Assembly (NCBI RefSeq): GCF_036321535.1
Contig: NC_087437.1
Span: 108,192,001-108,256,000 of the forward strand
Direction of reading: 5' to 3'
DNA length: 64,000 nucleotides
Source: Camelus dromedarius
Taxonomy: Eukaryota
Position numbers and translations under genes: made by a program
Notes under the pieces: generated by a model
Told to the model about the DNA's origin: nothing
What the model saw: the letters and a program-made list of their open reading frames with translations, nothing else
Databases searched by the model: none
Part shown: positions 1-13,005 of the stretch, one piece after another
How the letters are laid out: every line of letters begins with the position of its first letter
How positions within the stretch are numbered: the stretch's first letter is position 1

Positions 1-364
1 TGTGTTAAAAATCTTTGCTATAGCTCAATTATCATCAGAGCAAGAAATTTTATGCTTTGTTGCATACAACAGTAGTAAAAGTCTGTTTTTATATTGGGTC
101 TTATCATATAAACAAAGAATTCATACTCGTCACCTAATTTACTTCTCCGAGTTATCCTGTGAGGCAGTAATAGCATGCAACATTTTTATTTTCTACATAG
201 TTTCACAGTAAACCAATGATTTATCCAAAACCACTTGGTTAATTTTGGTGGGTCAAGCAGGAGGGAGGATTGCTGGACTGCTGTCTTCTCTGAGGTCTAT
301 GTCCTGCCCTTCTTCAGTTTTGTTGCATTTTATAGAAAACCCTTCATCTTTTTTTTTTTTTTAA

Positions 365-617
365 GCCCTTGCTTCCAACCTTCCAGGTGAGAAGCTGAAA
401 CCAATGACTGGAGTGCTAGAGGAAGGAGAAACCAGATTCTTTCTCCTTTTCTCTTTCCTGTGATGTCTCTGGTTGTAGTTGGTTCCTCTGTGGCTCCCAC
501 TCCTGACCACAGCTATCCATCATGATTCCAGCAGCTGTGGAGTCGCCATGATTTCTGGATTCAAGTAACACCACCTGTTCTCATTGCCCTTCTAGTCCTA
601 CGGTGACAACAGCTTCA
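365..617 (+). mobile_element. ERVL LTR fragment, LTR33-like
   Basis: 'gtaacaccacctgttctcattgcccttctagtccta...acagcttc' resembles the LTR33 internal motif; diverged. Confidence 0.6.
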
Positions 618-2319
618 TAAGCACTAACAAAAAGTAGCCATTTTAAGGTGTTGTTTGAGAATTCAGATTAAGCATAGATTATTGTGATTTACATAATTAT
701 GGATTTGAAATTATTGATTTTGGATTGTAAGAACTTCTAATTTATGTATGTATATACATGGTATGTATATATAGCTTTATATAATATATACATTTTTATG
801 TGTATTATATATACTTTTCTAATATCTTTAGATTTTAAACTTTAGGAACTTAAGAAAAATAATATTCTAGAATTTTTATGTTTAGAAAGATACATTTCTT
901 GTTTATGATTGTAAAATATGTTCCCGATAAAAATATATACACATATACCAGTAAAAGATTTCATTACTTTGGATCTACATAACAGAATGATGCTAGGATC
1001 TTCAGATATATAGAAAATTCTTTGGGAAACATAACGTAAATTAGGTAATTTTCTTTTTATGTAACTAACTTTTGGAGACGAGCTAAACTACTGCATAATT
1101 GTCCTGATTTGGTTATCTTTAAAGTCCTTATTTATTTATCTGTTCCAGTATTATGTCTTTAAGGATCCTTTTAGGATCACCTACAGAAGTTTCAAATAAT
1201 TAAACAAATAAATAAATAAATAAGAAATGCTGAAAAAGGTACCTGAAGAAGGATACATTTTGTCTAAGGCTGAAGAGGAAGAAAAGTCCCAAAACCAAAA
1301 GCAGAGCAAAATGGAAGCTGGAGACAAGTCGACAGATAGAATTGGACAGAAATAAATTCTATCCTTCCTGGGTCAAACACAAAAGAAAGTAAAAATGATG
1401 AAGACAGGGATCTCGGTAACTATGAAAATTTGTAGTAATTTCAGGAGCTATTAGAGAAAGCAAATTTCAAGTTCTGAATCACAAAAAAAATTAGCAGTCA
1501 GTTGGGACTCTAAATTAATGAAAGACTAATTTATTCCAACTACAACTGCCTTCCATGTTGTAGAAGCGTACTCTTCTGACTCTATTCCAAGTAAAATCAG
1601 ATTTCAAAATTTAGCCAAAATGGAACACAAAAGAACATTATGTAAATAGCACTTTTGTTTCAATTCTTTCAAGAATCCCTAGGTTCCATAGCAGTAAAGG
1701 CTACATATGTGGGATAAGTCTTTTAATATATATACATAAAACACAAACGTTCACTGTAACAATAGCCATCCTTGATTTGACCTTCTGTAATGTACCCACT
1801 GCATTTATGCAGAACTAGAATGGGGCTTTGTAAATAATCCAACAAACTGCAAAGGTAGGAGTCTTTTTGTGGAATTCAAGATGTTAATATTTCCTTTCTA
1901 ACTAGATTAACTCCACATGTTTTCTGCTGCAACTAATCTTCTTCCTGTGAAATTAGGCATGGTCTGACTCATTCTTTATTTTCTGAACATGACAGTTTAC
2001 TCCAGAGTAGCCCTCATTTCACAAAGCCTCAGGCTCCTGGCCCTTGCTGTGCACCCAGCATTTTTTCTGATTTTTGTTAGCAAAGGTGTGGAATTATGGG
2101 AGAAAACCCTTACATCCTAGTGTAGAGGCTAAGGAGATTGGTATGTCATCTCAGGAGGGGTAGGCTTTAGCTAGTATGTGTAGCGGGAAATAATTTCTTA
2201 GGTATCTACAGAAAGTTTAGTATGGATAAAGTACCCCCAAACATATCTGAGAATAATGAGATAAGATTTATGTTAATTGATAATGTCCTAAATGTTAGAG
2301 TTTGATCCCTACTTACAAT

Positions 2320-2430
2320 CTTGCTAATCCTTACAAAGAGAAGGTGACTAATACAACCCCGATTTGAACACGAGAAGTAGTCACACAGCTAATAGGTAGT
2401 AGGGCAGAGAATCAATCCCAACTTTCAGGG
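2320..2430 (-). mobile_element. MIR SINE fragment
   Basis: 'gtcacacagctaataggtagtagggcagagaatcaatccca' MIR core-like, degraded. Confidence 0.5.
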
Positions 2431-2789
2431 TTCGAAAGGCAACCACTTGGAAATGCAGACTCTCCATCATCTGCCTCTCAAAGTGGCCTTTACAGAGGCA
2501 GAGTAGAGATCACCGAGACTTCTGAGATCTGTGAACTGATGCTGGGAAAGGGGAAGTGACTATTAAGGCCTCAAAGCCTAGAGGCAGAGTCTGAACTGCA
2601 ACCTGGCTCAAAGGATGCCCGATTCAGTGCTAATTTTCCTCCATCACTCAATTCACTTAGAGAATTTAGCTGAAGACCCATCTGACAAGGTCTCCCTAGG
2701 TAGAAGGAAGGATGAACAGAAGAGGGAGAGAAAGGAGAGAGGTGAGAGCTAAAGTGTGAATTCTTTACAGGATTTCTACATTTGTTTTT

Positions 2790-2871
2790 GTACTAATAAC
2801 ACCTAGCATGGTGTCTTCAACATAGTGGTAGTAGGTATTTAATAATATTTAACAAATGAATAAATAAATGA
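2790..2871 (+). mobile_element. L2 3' end
   Basis: 'acacctagcatggtgtct...catagt...aataatatttaacaaatgaataaataaatgaa' typical L2 terminus. Confidence 0.6.
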
Positions 2872-2924
2872 AGAGCTAGACAGATGATAGATGACAGATG
2901 GATAAATAGATATAAAGACTATCT

Positions 2925-3065
2925 GACTGGGTATCCGGACAGTCTCGTTTAGTTCTGTCCTACCTCCCATTTCAACAGTTATTCTAGCAAAATTTCCTCA
3001 CTTTTCGGGCTTGATTTCTCTCACGTATATAATAAAAGAGGTGGTTTAATTATGTTTTAAAATGT
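2925..3065 (+). mobile_element. MIR fragment
   Basis: 'cttttcgggcttgatttctctcacgtatataataaaagagg' MIR core. Confidence 0.45.
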
Positions 3066-3680
3066 TTCCAAACTGGAGTGCACCATCTCTAGAGAGCCTG
3101 TTTCTCGGAAGACTTTCCATCGTAGGACAATGGTCTGGCCATGGACTTTCTGGTCATGTGAGGACATCAGTTATGTCAGGTGTGTGATCACAAAGTTCCA
3201 GCAGCCTGGTGGAGACAGCAGTAAGACATCCCAGGTCCTTAATGTTTGCTAAGCCGCTGTTTGTTTCTCACTCATTCTTTCAGCAAGGAGTCGGTAAAGG
3301 ACCTCTAGGTGAAAATGCTGGATTAGCAAGAAGTTCAAAACAATAGTAACTAGTGTTCTAATGGAGTTGCATATAAGGTGTCAGAAAAAAAAAAAGAAAA
3401 CTTAATGGTATTTCTCGATAAATTGGGGAAGTTAACATTTGAATTTGAAGGGAGAGCGGCAAGGAGAAAGAGCAGCCCCAGCCAAGGAAGTGCCATGACG
3501 TGGTATCTTGGGAGGATGCCGACCCTGCGAGGGGACCAAGAGAGTAGATGCAGGTGAAGCTGCACACCTAGGCAGGGCCCATGGCCTGAAGAGCCCTGTA
3601 AGCCAATCTAGGGTTTTCCGTTATCGTTTGGTTGTAAGCAATCACTTGAAAACTTTTTGAAGACAAGTGACATGATTGCA

Positions 3681-4361
3681 CAGGCAGACCTGGGAGATAT
3701 TACAGGTGTGGTTTGAGACTACTGCAATAAAGCAAACATCGGAATAAAGTGAGTCACCTGATTTTTTTGGTTACTCAGTGCACACAGAAGTTACATTTAT
3801 GCTATACTGTGATCTGTTAAGTATGCAATGGCATTATGTCTAAAAGAACAATGTACATACCTTAATTAAAAAATAGTGGTAAGTCAAAGAAAGACAAATA
3901 CATAATATTATTTATACATGGAATCTGAAAAAAATGACACAGGTGAACTTATTTATTAAACAGAAACAGACTCACAGACATAGAAAACAAACTCATGGTT
4001 ACCAAAGAGGAAAGCGGGGAGGGATAAATTAGGAGTTTGGGATTAAAAGATACAAATTACAATATACAAAATAGATAAACAACAAGGTCCTACCATGTAA
4101 CACAGGGAACTATATTCAATATCTTGCAATAACCTATAAAGAAAAAGAATATATGTATAATTGAATCACTATGCTGTACACCAGAAACTAATGTAACATT
4201 GTAAATCAACTATACTTTGATAAAAAAAAATAGTGGTGTTGGAAAAATGGCACCAGTAGACTTGCTCAATACAGGGTTGTCACAAACCTTCAATTTTTAA
4301 AAAATTTAATATCTGCAAAGCAAAATGAAGTGAAGAAACCATAAAACAAGTCCTCCCTCTG
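3681..4361 (-). mobile_element. Tigger1 internal-deletion derivative (non-autonomous, TcMar-Tigger)
   Basis: Starts 'caggcagacctgggagatattacagg...gcaataaag' and ends 'gttggaaaaatggcacc...acaaaccttcaattt...ctg' followed by TA; both Tigger1 termini, no transposase. Confidence 0.85.
3881..4224 (+). mobile_element. L1 3' end (artiodactyl-type 3'UTR), 5'-truncated, inserted in Tigger1
   Basis: 'aaacagactcacagacatagaaaacaaactcatggttacc...acattgtaaatcaactatact' plus A tail; TSD aaaaaatagtggt at 3868-3880 and 4225-4237. Confidence 0.9.
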
Positions 4362-4677
4362 TACATTTGGAAAAATCTATATGGCAACCAGTGGAAGGAG
4401 GATGACTGGATGGAAAAGAGCTGAGTTACTGGAACGGACAGGGCAAGAGAGACTAAAGACCTGAACTAGGACCATGGCTTAGGAATGGAGTTTATATGAG
4501 ACTGTGCCATGATCAACAGGACGCAAGCTTCTTGTCAATTGCCATTCGCATAATAACTTGGCATGTTTTATACTGAGATAAATTTTCTGGAACAAAATCA
4601 AATGTGCAAAAGGCTGAAAATGTAAGTAAATAACAGCTAATACAATTACATCAATGCTTTGAGAAAATATTTTAACA

Positions 4678-5404
4678 TGTTAGTTCCTCTTTTATCCACA
4701 GGGATACCTTCCAAGACCCCCAGTGGATGCCTGAAACCACAGATAGTACCAAAACCTATAGGTACTATGTCTTTTCCTGTATGTAAGTTAGGCACAGTAA
4801 GGGATTAACAATAATAACTGATAAAGAAACAGAACAAGTACAACAATATACAGTAATGACATAAGTTATGTGAACGTGGTCTCTCTTGCTCTCTTAAAAT
4901 ATCTTATAAATTTAATGCCTTTTCTATCTTAACTAAGTACTTATCACACACTGTGGCCATAACTTTTGCAGTTTGAATTTCGACAGCAAAACTTGCACAA
5001 CTTATTTTTCTTCTTTACAATTGCATAGCAAGAAGATTCATTCTTACCACAGGTCTTAGCAATCTTAGCATGTGTTGTTTTTCCTTTTCTTTTCCTATTA
5101 GGTTGAAAATGTTCACACTTCCACTTAAAGGAAGTGTTTCACGGCTTCTCTTTGACATTTCTCAACTGCCAACATCCCTACTCTTGCACTTTGGGGCAAT
5201 TATGAAGTAAAATAAGGGTTTCTTGAACACAAGCACTGAGATGCCTTGACAGTGGATCTGACAGCCTAGATGACCACTCAGCGCAATTTAAAACTTATGA
5301 ATTGGTTATTTCTGGAATTTTTCATTTAATATTTTTGGACCATGGTTGACAGTGGGTAACAGACTATGGAAAACAAAACCTCACATGATGGGGCTACCAT
5401 ACTG
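4678..5404. mobile_element. MER44 (Tigger7-derived, long C/D-like form)
   Basis: 'ttccaagacccccagtggatgcctgaaaccacagatagtacc' at one end and 'ttttggaccatggttgacagtgggtaac' at the other. Confidence 0.85.
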
Positions 5405-6513
5405 TCTTCTTGATGACATGGAGTGTGTGGTCGCCGATGTCTTAAACTAGAATGAAATGTAACAGAACTCCATACTGGCAAGGTTCAGTGGAACCTATTG
5501 ACAAACACAGTGCAAATATACTTTTCTAAGACTAGACAGTTGACCCTTGAACAATGTGGGGGTTAAGAGCACTGACCTTCTGCACAGTAAAAAAAAATTG
5601 GCATATAATTTTGACTTTCCCCAGAACTTAAGTAATAATAGCCTACTGTTGATCTTACCAATAACATAAATAGTTGTTTAATATATATTAAATATATTAG
5701 GTACTGTATTTGTACAATAAGGTAAGCTAGAGGAAAGAAAATCTTATTAAGAAAATCATAAGGAAGGGGAAATAATTTATAGTACTATATTTATTGATAC
5801 CATAAGTGTATCTTGTCTGTTTACAAGATGTACATCTGTCAGTAGCTGTATCAATAGTGTCTTGTATGATACAAAACACTGTAGATGTGATACTGATTAC
5901 TAATACTAGATGTCAAAAATGTGGAAAAGAAATTTATATTTATCTATAGGTATAATGTGCATTGATAAAGAAAAAGCAACAGTGTGATTGTTTTATGGTA
6001 TCCTAGTGTAATCAGCATGATTGCTTCATGGAAGCCTAGCATATACACTGATGAATGAATCATTATAAATGTTTATAGCATTCAGTATTATAGTCATAGT
6101 CATAATAAAATATTGGAAACATTGTTACTTCTTAAAAAAAACCATTTACTTGTGATGATAGGTTTCTCTAATTATGACAGAGAGAGGCATTCTGTACAGT
6201 AATGTAATACTTTGAAAGCAAAATTATAAAACAATAAGAAAACTAATTATTAATTTTATATTGATTATCACTCACCTTATGCCTGTGTAAGGATAGACTA
6301 TCCACCTCAATAAAAGACTTTTGCACAATGTTCTACACAATGAATGTTTAGGCAATAAAGATGATTATGGCATATGAACTTCTCATACGGTTCTTTTTGT
6401 ATGGGTGGATTTTCCCACAGACACATACACAACAGATAAGTTTATAAATTGTGCAGCATGGTGATTATTTACTATTCATTAAGTGGAAGTGAATCATTTT
6501 AAAGGTTTTCATT

Positions 6514-6662
6514 TTTTTTAAATTTATTCATTTATTTTATTTTGGAGGGGAGAAGTAATTAGGTTTACTTATTTATTTATTTTAAGAGGAGGTACTGGGG
6601 ATTGAACCCAGGACCTTGTGTATGCTAAGCACACACTCTACCACTTGAACCATGCTCTCTCC
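6514..6662 (-). mobile_element. Vic-1-type tRNA-derived SINE (long-tail form)
   Basis: 'ggtactggggattgaacccaggaccttgtgtatgctaagcacacactctaccacttga' (B and A boxes on minus strand) plus 'aagtaattaggtttacttatttattt' tail. Confidence 0.85.
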
Positions 6663-8264
6663 TTCATTCTGTCTTTATACTGAGTAGGCTGAGGAGGAGA
6701 AGGGAGAGTAAGGGGTTGATCTTGCTGTCTCTGGGTTGGGAAGCAGATGTAGGGGAGGCAGGAGATGCAGACACACCCGGTGCAACTTTACAGAAATACA
6801 TCAACATTTCTGTCTGAAATTTTCGCTTTTTCATTTTTCTAAAAGTGTTGCTACATGGTACCAATTCTTCTTCCAGTTTCAGTGCACATACCATAGAAAG
6901 GTCCATGCCATAAAATAAGTCAAACACAGTCTTAAATAATCAGAATTCTCTGTCTGATTGCCTGATATCAATTTGTTTTCTACACTGCTTCTTCTATGTC
7001 TTCTTCCTCATGGTCTGACACTGGTTCAGAAGCATTCATCTCCATCAAGTTGTCCTCTCTTATTTCCTCTGGTGTGGTGTCTATTAGTCTTGAATTTCTC
7101 CAAGATACTTATCTTGAAATACTTCACCCCTCATTTTTTTTTTTTGCCATATCCACAGTCTCTCATGATTTCTTTGATTGCCTCTGTCCTAAATCCGGTG
7201 AAGTCATGCACAACATCTGGACATAGTTTTCTCCAGCAGGAATTTGTTGTTTCAGGCTTAATCGCTTTCAAACCTTTTTTTTTTTTTTTCTTGTAACAAT
7301 GATGGCATCTTCAATGGTGTAATCCTTACAGACGTCAATGATGTTCTTTTGGGGTTCTATTCTATAGCACTGACAATGCTTTCCATACAGGGCCATGTGT
7401 AATGCACCTTAAAACACTTTACCAACCCCCTGATCTAGAGGCTGGATTAAAGATGTCATGTTTGGGAGCAGGTAGACCAGTTTGACACCTTAAATGTTGA
7501 AGATGTCACTTCTTCGTGGGATTCTGGGTGGCCAGGGGCATTGTCCAATATCAAAAGATCTTTAATAGGCAATCTTTTACTGGAAAGTTGCCTCCTGACT
7601 TCAGGGACAAAGCACCAATGGAACCAACCCAGAAAAGAGATTCGCATTCCAAGCTTCTTGTTGTACAACCAGAATACTGGCAGCTGGTGTTTATTTTTCC
7701 CCTTCAAGGCTAGGGCTTAGCAGCTTTGTAGATAAGGGCAGTCCTGATCATAAATCCAACTGCATCCAACTCCACAAAATAGTGCGTTTAGCCTACCCCA
7801 TAAATCCCAGTGCCTACTTCTCTCCCTTACTAACAAGTGTCATTTGTAACACTTTTTTTCAGAATATGGCACATTCATCTGCATTTAAAAAAAAAACTAT
7901 TTAGGCAGATATCCTTTCTCCTCAATGATTTCCTAATGGCATTTGGGAACTCTGCTGCTGCCTCTCGGTCAATAGAAGCTGCTTCTCCTGTTATCTTGAC
8001 ATTTTTTAAGCCAAATTGCTTTCTACAGTGATCAAACCACTTTTGCTGGCACTTAATTCCCCAATTTTTGATCCTTCACCTTCCTTATAAATTGTGATTT
8101 AATGACTTCCCTTTTTCTATAGGTATGACTTTTTCATAGCAAACCTGCATTTAAATAAAAGCTGTATTTTCAGTACAAGATAAAAACTATTTTGCAAAAG
8201 TAGATGTTTTTACACCTGCTATAGTATCTGTAGCAATGGCTCCATGGATTTCCTTTTCTTTTTC

Positions 8265-8563
8265 CTTCTTCTTCTTCTTCTTCTTCTTCTTCTTCTTCTT
8301 CTTCTTCTTCTTCTCCTTCTTCTCCTTCTTCTTTCTTCTTCTTCTTCTCCTTCTTCTTCTTCTTCTTCTTCTTCTTCTTCTTCTTCTTCTTCTTCTTCTT
8401 CTTCTTCTTCTTCTTCTTCTTCTTCTTCTTCTTCTTCTTCTTCTTCTTCTTCTTCTTCTTCTTCTTCTTCTTCTTCTTCTTCTTCTTCTTCTTCTTCTTC
8501 TTCTTCTTCTTCTTCTTCTTCTTCTTCTTCTTCTTCTTCTTCTTCTTCTTCTTCTTCTTCTTC
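8265..8563. repeat. (CTT)n/(GAA)n trinucleotide microsatellite, ~100 units
   Basis: Read directly; few interruptions at 8313-8349; pure tract 8350-8563. Confidence 0.98.
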
Positions 8564-9797
8564 ACAATAATCCTGATGCTGGATTCACTTATCTTGAAGT
8601 GATGGGCAGCCACAGCTGCAGACCTCAATCTAAGGCACATGTCAAGCAATCCACTTGTCCTTGTAATGTCATGACTTTTCTCTGCTTCTTGGGAGCACTT
8701 CCAGCATGACTAGTGGCACTTTATATGGGTCCCAGGGTGTTATTTAGTATCTGGTACTGCGAGAAACCTGAGGAAAAAATATGTGATCACTGCAAGAGGT
8801 CACTTTTTATTGAGATATGCAATTTACCTGAGAGATGAACTGCACATGCGGAGATGATTACCATCACATGGTGTTTCTCGCAGATACAACACCTGAGCTC
8901 ACTGCAATAGCAACAAGAATGGCTACAGAGTTATGATAATAGTACAGTATGCACTACACTTAATTTTATGTAGTTATGAGTTAACACTGTATCTCTGTAT
9001 CTTTACATTTGTTTACATTTCTTTGGACTATGAATGGCCTCGTGAGTGGTCTTTAAGTGTTTGTTGGAGAACTTTAATGCTCTGTAATAGATTTCTGTAT
9101 ATGTTATGGTAGTAAATGATAAAATAGACTAGTACCTACATATATTTTATGCATGCATGACATACCTAACTTTTTGTTAATTTTTTTATATTTCTAGACT
9201 ATGCAGTGTACAAGTTTTTCCAAATTGTTGCAAATCTCAAAAAAAGTTTTCAATATATTTATAGAAAACAAAGTTACATGTAAGTGGACCCACACAATTC
9301 AAACCTGTGTTGTTCAACGGTCAACAATACTTGTGCTTGATTTGGAAAAAAAACAAATCAATATTCAGCATATCATTATAGAAATTTGTTTCAATGTAAA
9401 TATTTTTCAGTTAAATTTACCAAATTATGAAATAACTTTTTCTCAAAATTATATGAAAGTATTTTTATCTCAGATTCAAAATTCTGCTGTTTTCCAATTT
9501 GTGCACTTGAAAAAAATAGTTACATTACTAAAAAGAGTGTTGTGGTGTATGCTATATGCTATAAAATTTCTCATATTCTAAATTATTTCCAGTTTTAAGA
9601 AGCTGAGAGAGAACATGATTTAAAATATGTATATTATACTTTTCAAAGGTAATTTATCAGTAACTGTTTTCTTATCTAGTTAACCTTTCTCCACTTTCTT
9701 CACAACCAAATCACTTAACTAATTTTATTCATTTCTCTCTTTGATTGGGGTTAATATTTCAGATGCTGTTGATGAACTTTTTCCCCCCAAATATTCT

Positions 9798-9883
9798 CTT
9801 TTTTTAATGGTGGTTCTAAGGATTGAACCCAGGACCTCATGCATGCTAAGCTTGCATTCAATCACTGAGCTATCCCATCCCCC
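9798..9883 (-). mobile_element. Vic-1-type SINE (short form)
   Basis: 'gattgaacccaggacctcatgcatgctaagc...actgagctatcccatcccc'; TSD aaatattct at 9789-9797 and 9886-9894. Confidence 0.85.
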
Positions 9884-12759
9884 TTAAATATTCTTCTTTA
9901 TCTGTATGTTTTTCAAGCTTATACCATCTTTTTAAATGTTCCATAAATGCCCTTCAGTCTACTTGTATCCTTTCACTAATGAGATTCACAGACTTTGAAA
10001 AGACAGTCCAGTTGATATTAAAACAAACCTAAATAAAAAGATTTCCCTTTCATTATTTCATCGTATGATAACTCTAAAATTGTATTTCTCTCTTTTACTA
10101 TCATTTTACTTGGAAATGCCTAGATGATTTGATTCTTATTTTCTGTCACAGGTAGAACTCTGATGGTATAACCATATTTTAGATTATTTAGAATAACCAT
10201 TATTCCATCACTTGAAGTTGGTTATTTTCATCAAATAGTATCAATCTAATAGTCTTTGAGTCAAAGTAATGGATGAGTTTACTGAAAACACAACTCTTTT
10301 TCTCATTCTGCTAGACAAAATATACTTTATAATCATAAACGTGGAACTCAAGACCTCAATCTGATTCTGAGAAGGCAAAATGAATGTGCCCTTGGGAGTT
10401 GGACACTTGGAGATATGGTAAATTACCTTGTCCAAGCACTGGGAAACTGTACTTTGGGAAAACTCCTGGAGCATATAAGCTACATGAGCTCATTTGTCTC
10501 CTGTGGGCTTGTCTCTCAATGGCTTGGCTGTGGGCCCACTAAGGGAAAAGAAGAAACTTCTCTCAAAATTGCACAGCATTTGCACTTCTGAAACCTTGTT
10601 TTATTTCCGTTAAATGGTTATCAAACATTATTGACAAAAGCCAGATGACTTTATTACTTACTGTTAGAGACTGTGTTTATATATATTATGACATATAATG
10701 TCATAATTTTCTATATCATGTAGGCAATCACATGTGATTAAATCTTTGGGTGAAATAGTTTTCTTTTTAATGAACTGTCAATAGTCATCTTTCATACTAG
10801 GTAGATTTTTCATATAATATAGCTTGTTAGTAAAGAACACAAAAAATAATTATGGATGCCTATCCTTATTTTGAGTTCATAAAAAAGGCCATAATATGTG
10901 TAACTCACTATATTTATTAGACATACCTGACCAGAAAGCTAGAATAAGTTATTTATAGATCAAGTAAAATTAATATAACATTATTTTTAAATTTTGTTGC
11001 TTTTTTGAAAAAAAGATTAATTATTTTTAGAAAAGTAATTTTTGACTAAAGATCAATAATATAGCACACTTAAGGTTACACACTCTACCACTTATTTCTT
11101 CAATTGATGTCTAAGTCTAGTCAAAAATGAAAAATAAATAGGTTTTTATAAGAACATCTAGAAATGTTTAGGGATGGTCCAAAATTTCCAAATCTCTTTA
11201 TAAGTAAGGGCTTACAAGAGTGAATGAAGTAATTAAAGCAATTTCTATTATTCATACATCTGACATTTGTTCCTCATTATACACAAGATATTGTCTGAGC
11301 AAATTCTCTGGCTTAGAGAGGAACTTTTAACATATCCACACTAAGGTATTAATTATTGAAAGAACAATGAGTTATCAACTAAATGAAAAGAAGAACCCTC
11401 AGATACTAGAAATATTTTAGAATTGAAAGAATTTAGGGGAGCTTCCTGATACCCTGGAATTTCTATAATCTAACTACCTACCTATAAATAAGAATATCTT
11501 TCTCTAGCACATGTCCAGAAAAATAGAGTTTGGCTTTCTTTGGTACATATTTTTTTCTCCCTTCCTGCTCCCCTAGGAAAATGTAGTATATCTAGGACCA
11601 GGTTATTTCCTTTAGCTAGGTTTTCTAGCTCCAGAGAGGTTTCAAATATGAACATTCCCTCAAAGTAACAGAAATACCACCAATTCACAAGGACATGCAT
11701 TTGAAGATCAAAATCAGTAGGCAAGACTTCATCACATTGTAACTCCAGCAGAATGGAACAGATTAGAGCTTATAATTACCTAGAATTCCAGGAAAAAAAG
11801 GAGCAGAAACAGAAAGTATGAAGACAAAGAACAATCTTGATTCTGTTATCACTGGATAGTCTCCGTGGAAGACGATCTCAAATAGGACATGGTGACCTTG
11901 AACCATTCATGCTGTGCTCCATGGTTCCTAGAGGAGTGAACATTTGGTTCTGGGCAATTTTTGTAGAGAAGGGGAATAAAGCCCTGGGGGCAGGTGATGG
12001 GAGGGGATGTGAGTACAGGTGGCTGCAGACTGCATGCCATGGGCATCCAATGAGAAAACTTTGTCTCTGCACAAACAGTCAGGCTTGGATGTGGCTGTCA
12101 TGCCGACAACAACTAAGTGAGTATTCTTTCTGAACAATATAAAATTTCTTCTTTGGTGGCCAGAAATCTCAGAGCCAAATCTGCAGACCTACTTTCAGTA
12201 ACTATCTAGGAAATTATGACATATTTATCCTTACACAAATTTTCCTGATATGTTCTTTGTACTTCTAACTCTATTTTCCATGGTCCTAAATTATTATTTT
12301 CTTTTTATCCCATTTTATTTTATTGTTTGTCATCTAATAAATGGCTTTAATCTGTTTGTAGACTTGAAACAAAAGTTTCAGACATATCTCAGTCATTAAC
12401 AAAATAAAAACATGATAACAACATTCTGCTACTCCGTGGCTTTTCTGCTTCTTTAGAATGCCTCAAAGAGGTTAAACCAACAAAACTTGGTCAAATTAAC
12501 AATATTTTTGTAGCAGAAAAACCAATCCTCTACATCCCATTTATTGGTCTTAATTTTAAAGAGGAATATACTTAAGTTTCTAAGTCCAGTTGTGATTGAG
12601 GCTGCACAACAGAAAGCACAGGTTATACCTAGCTTTTATTTTCCTTCTTGAATATACTAATCAGCTTTCCATAGTGACTATTCACTATGGATGTTCAGCC
12701 TTTGACCTCTCCCGTGCAAGAATGACCAGCCTCAGGATACAGAGATTTCTATTTTATTA

Positions 12760-13005
12760 AAATATACTAATAATGTATACAGTGTATACATATATAATGT
12801 ATATATAATAATGTATACAATATATTTAATATATCAATGATATAATATATTAATAATAATAAATAATTATATTATGATAATATAATATAATAATAGAATG
12901 CAATATATTATTATATGCTATCACGTTATATTATACTGTATATATTTAATATAATGTTTTTCATATAAGATGTTTAATACAATTTATATATTTAAAATAT
13001 TCTTA
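12760..13005. repeat. AT-rich low-complexity (TATAA-type) tract
   Basis: Read directly. Confidence 0.75.

Larger units (their letters stand above)
3560..4490 (-). mobile_element. L2 fragment split by a Tigger1-derived insertion
   Basis: 'gaaaactttttgaagacaagtgacatgattg' resumes after 4361 as 'catttggaaaaatc...ggcaagagagactaaagacctgaactagg', colinear with the antisense L2 consensus. Confidence 0.6.
6472..8735 (-). pseudogene. Decayed Tigger2 transposase (HTH-psq/CENPB-type plus DDE_1)
   Basis: ORF pieces 'LDMCLRLRSAAVAAHHFKISESSIRIIVKK' (HTH), 'FVPEVR...LLILDNAPGHP' (DDE) and a C-terminal piece; likely start codon mutated to CTG; frameshifts, SINE and GAA insertions. Confidence 0.88.
5537..9327 (-). 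mobile_element. Near full-length Tigger2-family DNA transposon (long, Tigger2f-like)
   Basis: TIRs 'cagttgacccttgaacaa' (5537) and 'ttgttcaacggtcaacaa' followed by TA (9327); transposase remnants between them. Confidence 0.92.

Noticed and set aside
1227..1355. 42-codon ORF MLKKVPEEGY...
   Set aside because: Short, no recognisable homology, no promoter or splice context
8170..8709. Poly-Lys, poly-Leu and poly-Ser ORFs
   Set aside because: Reading frames through the (CTT)n repeat; only the N-terminal minus-strand part is transposase remnant
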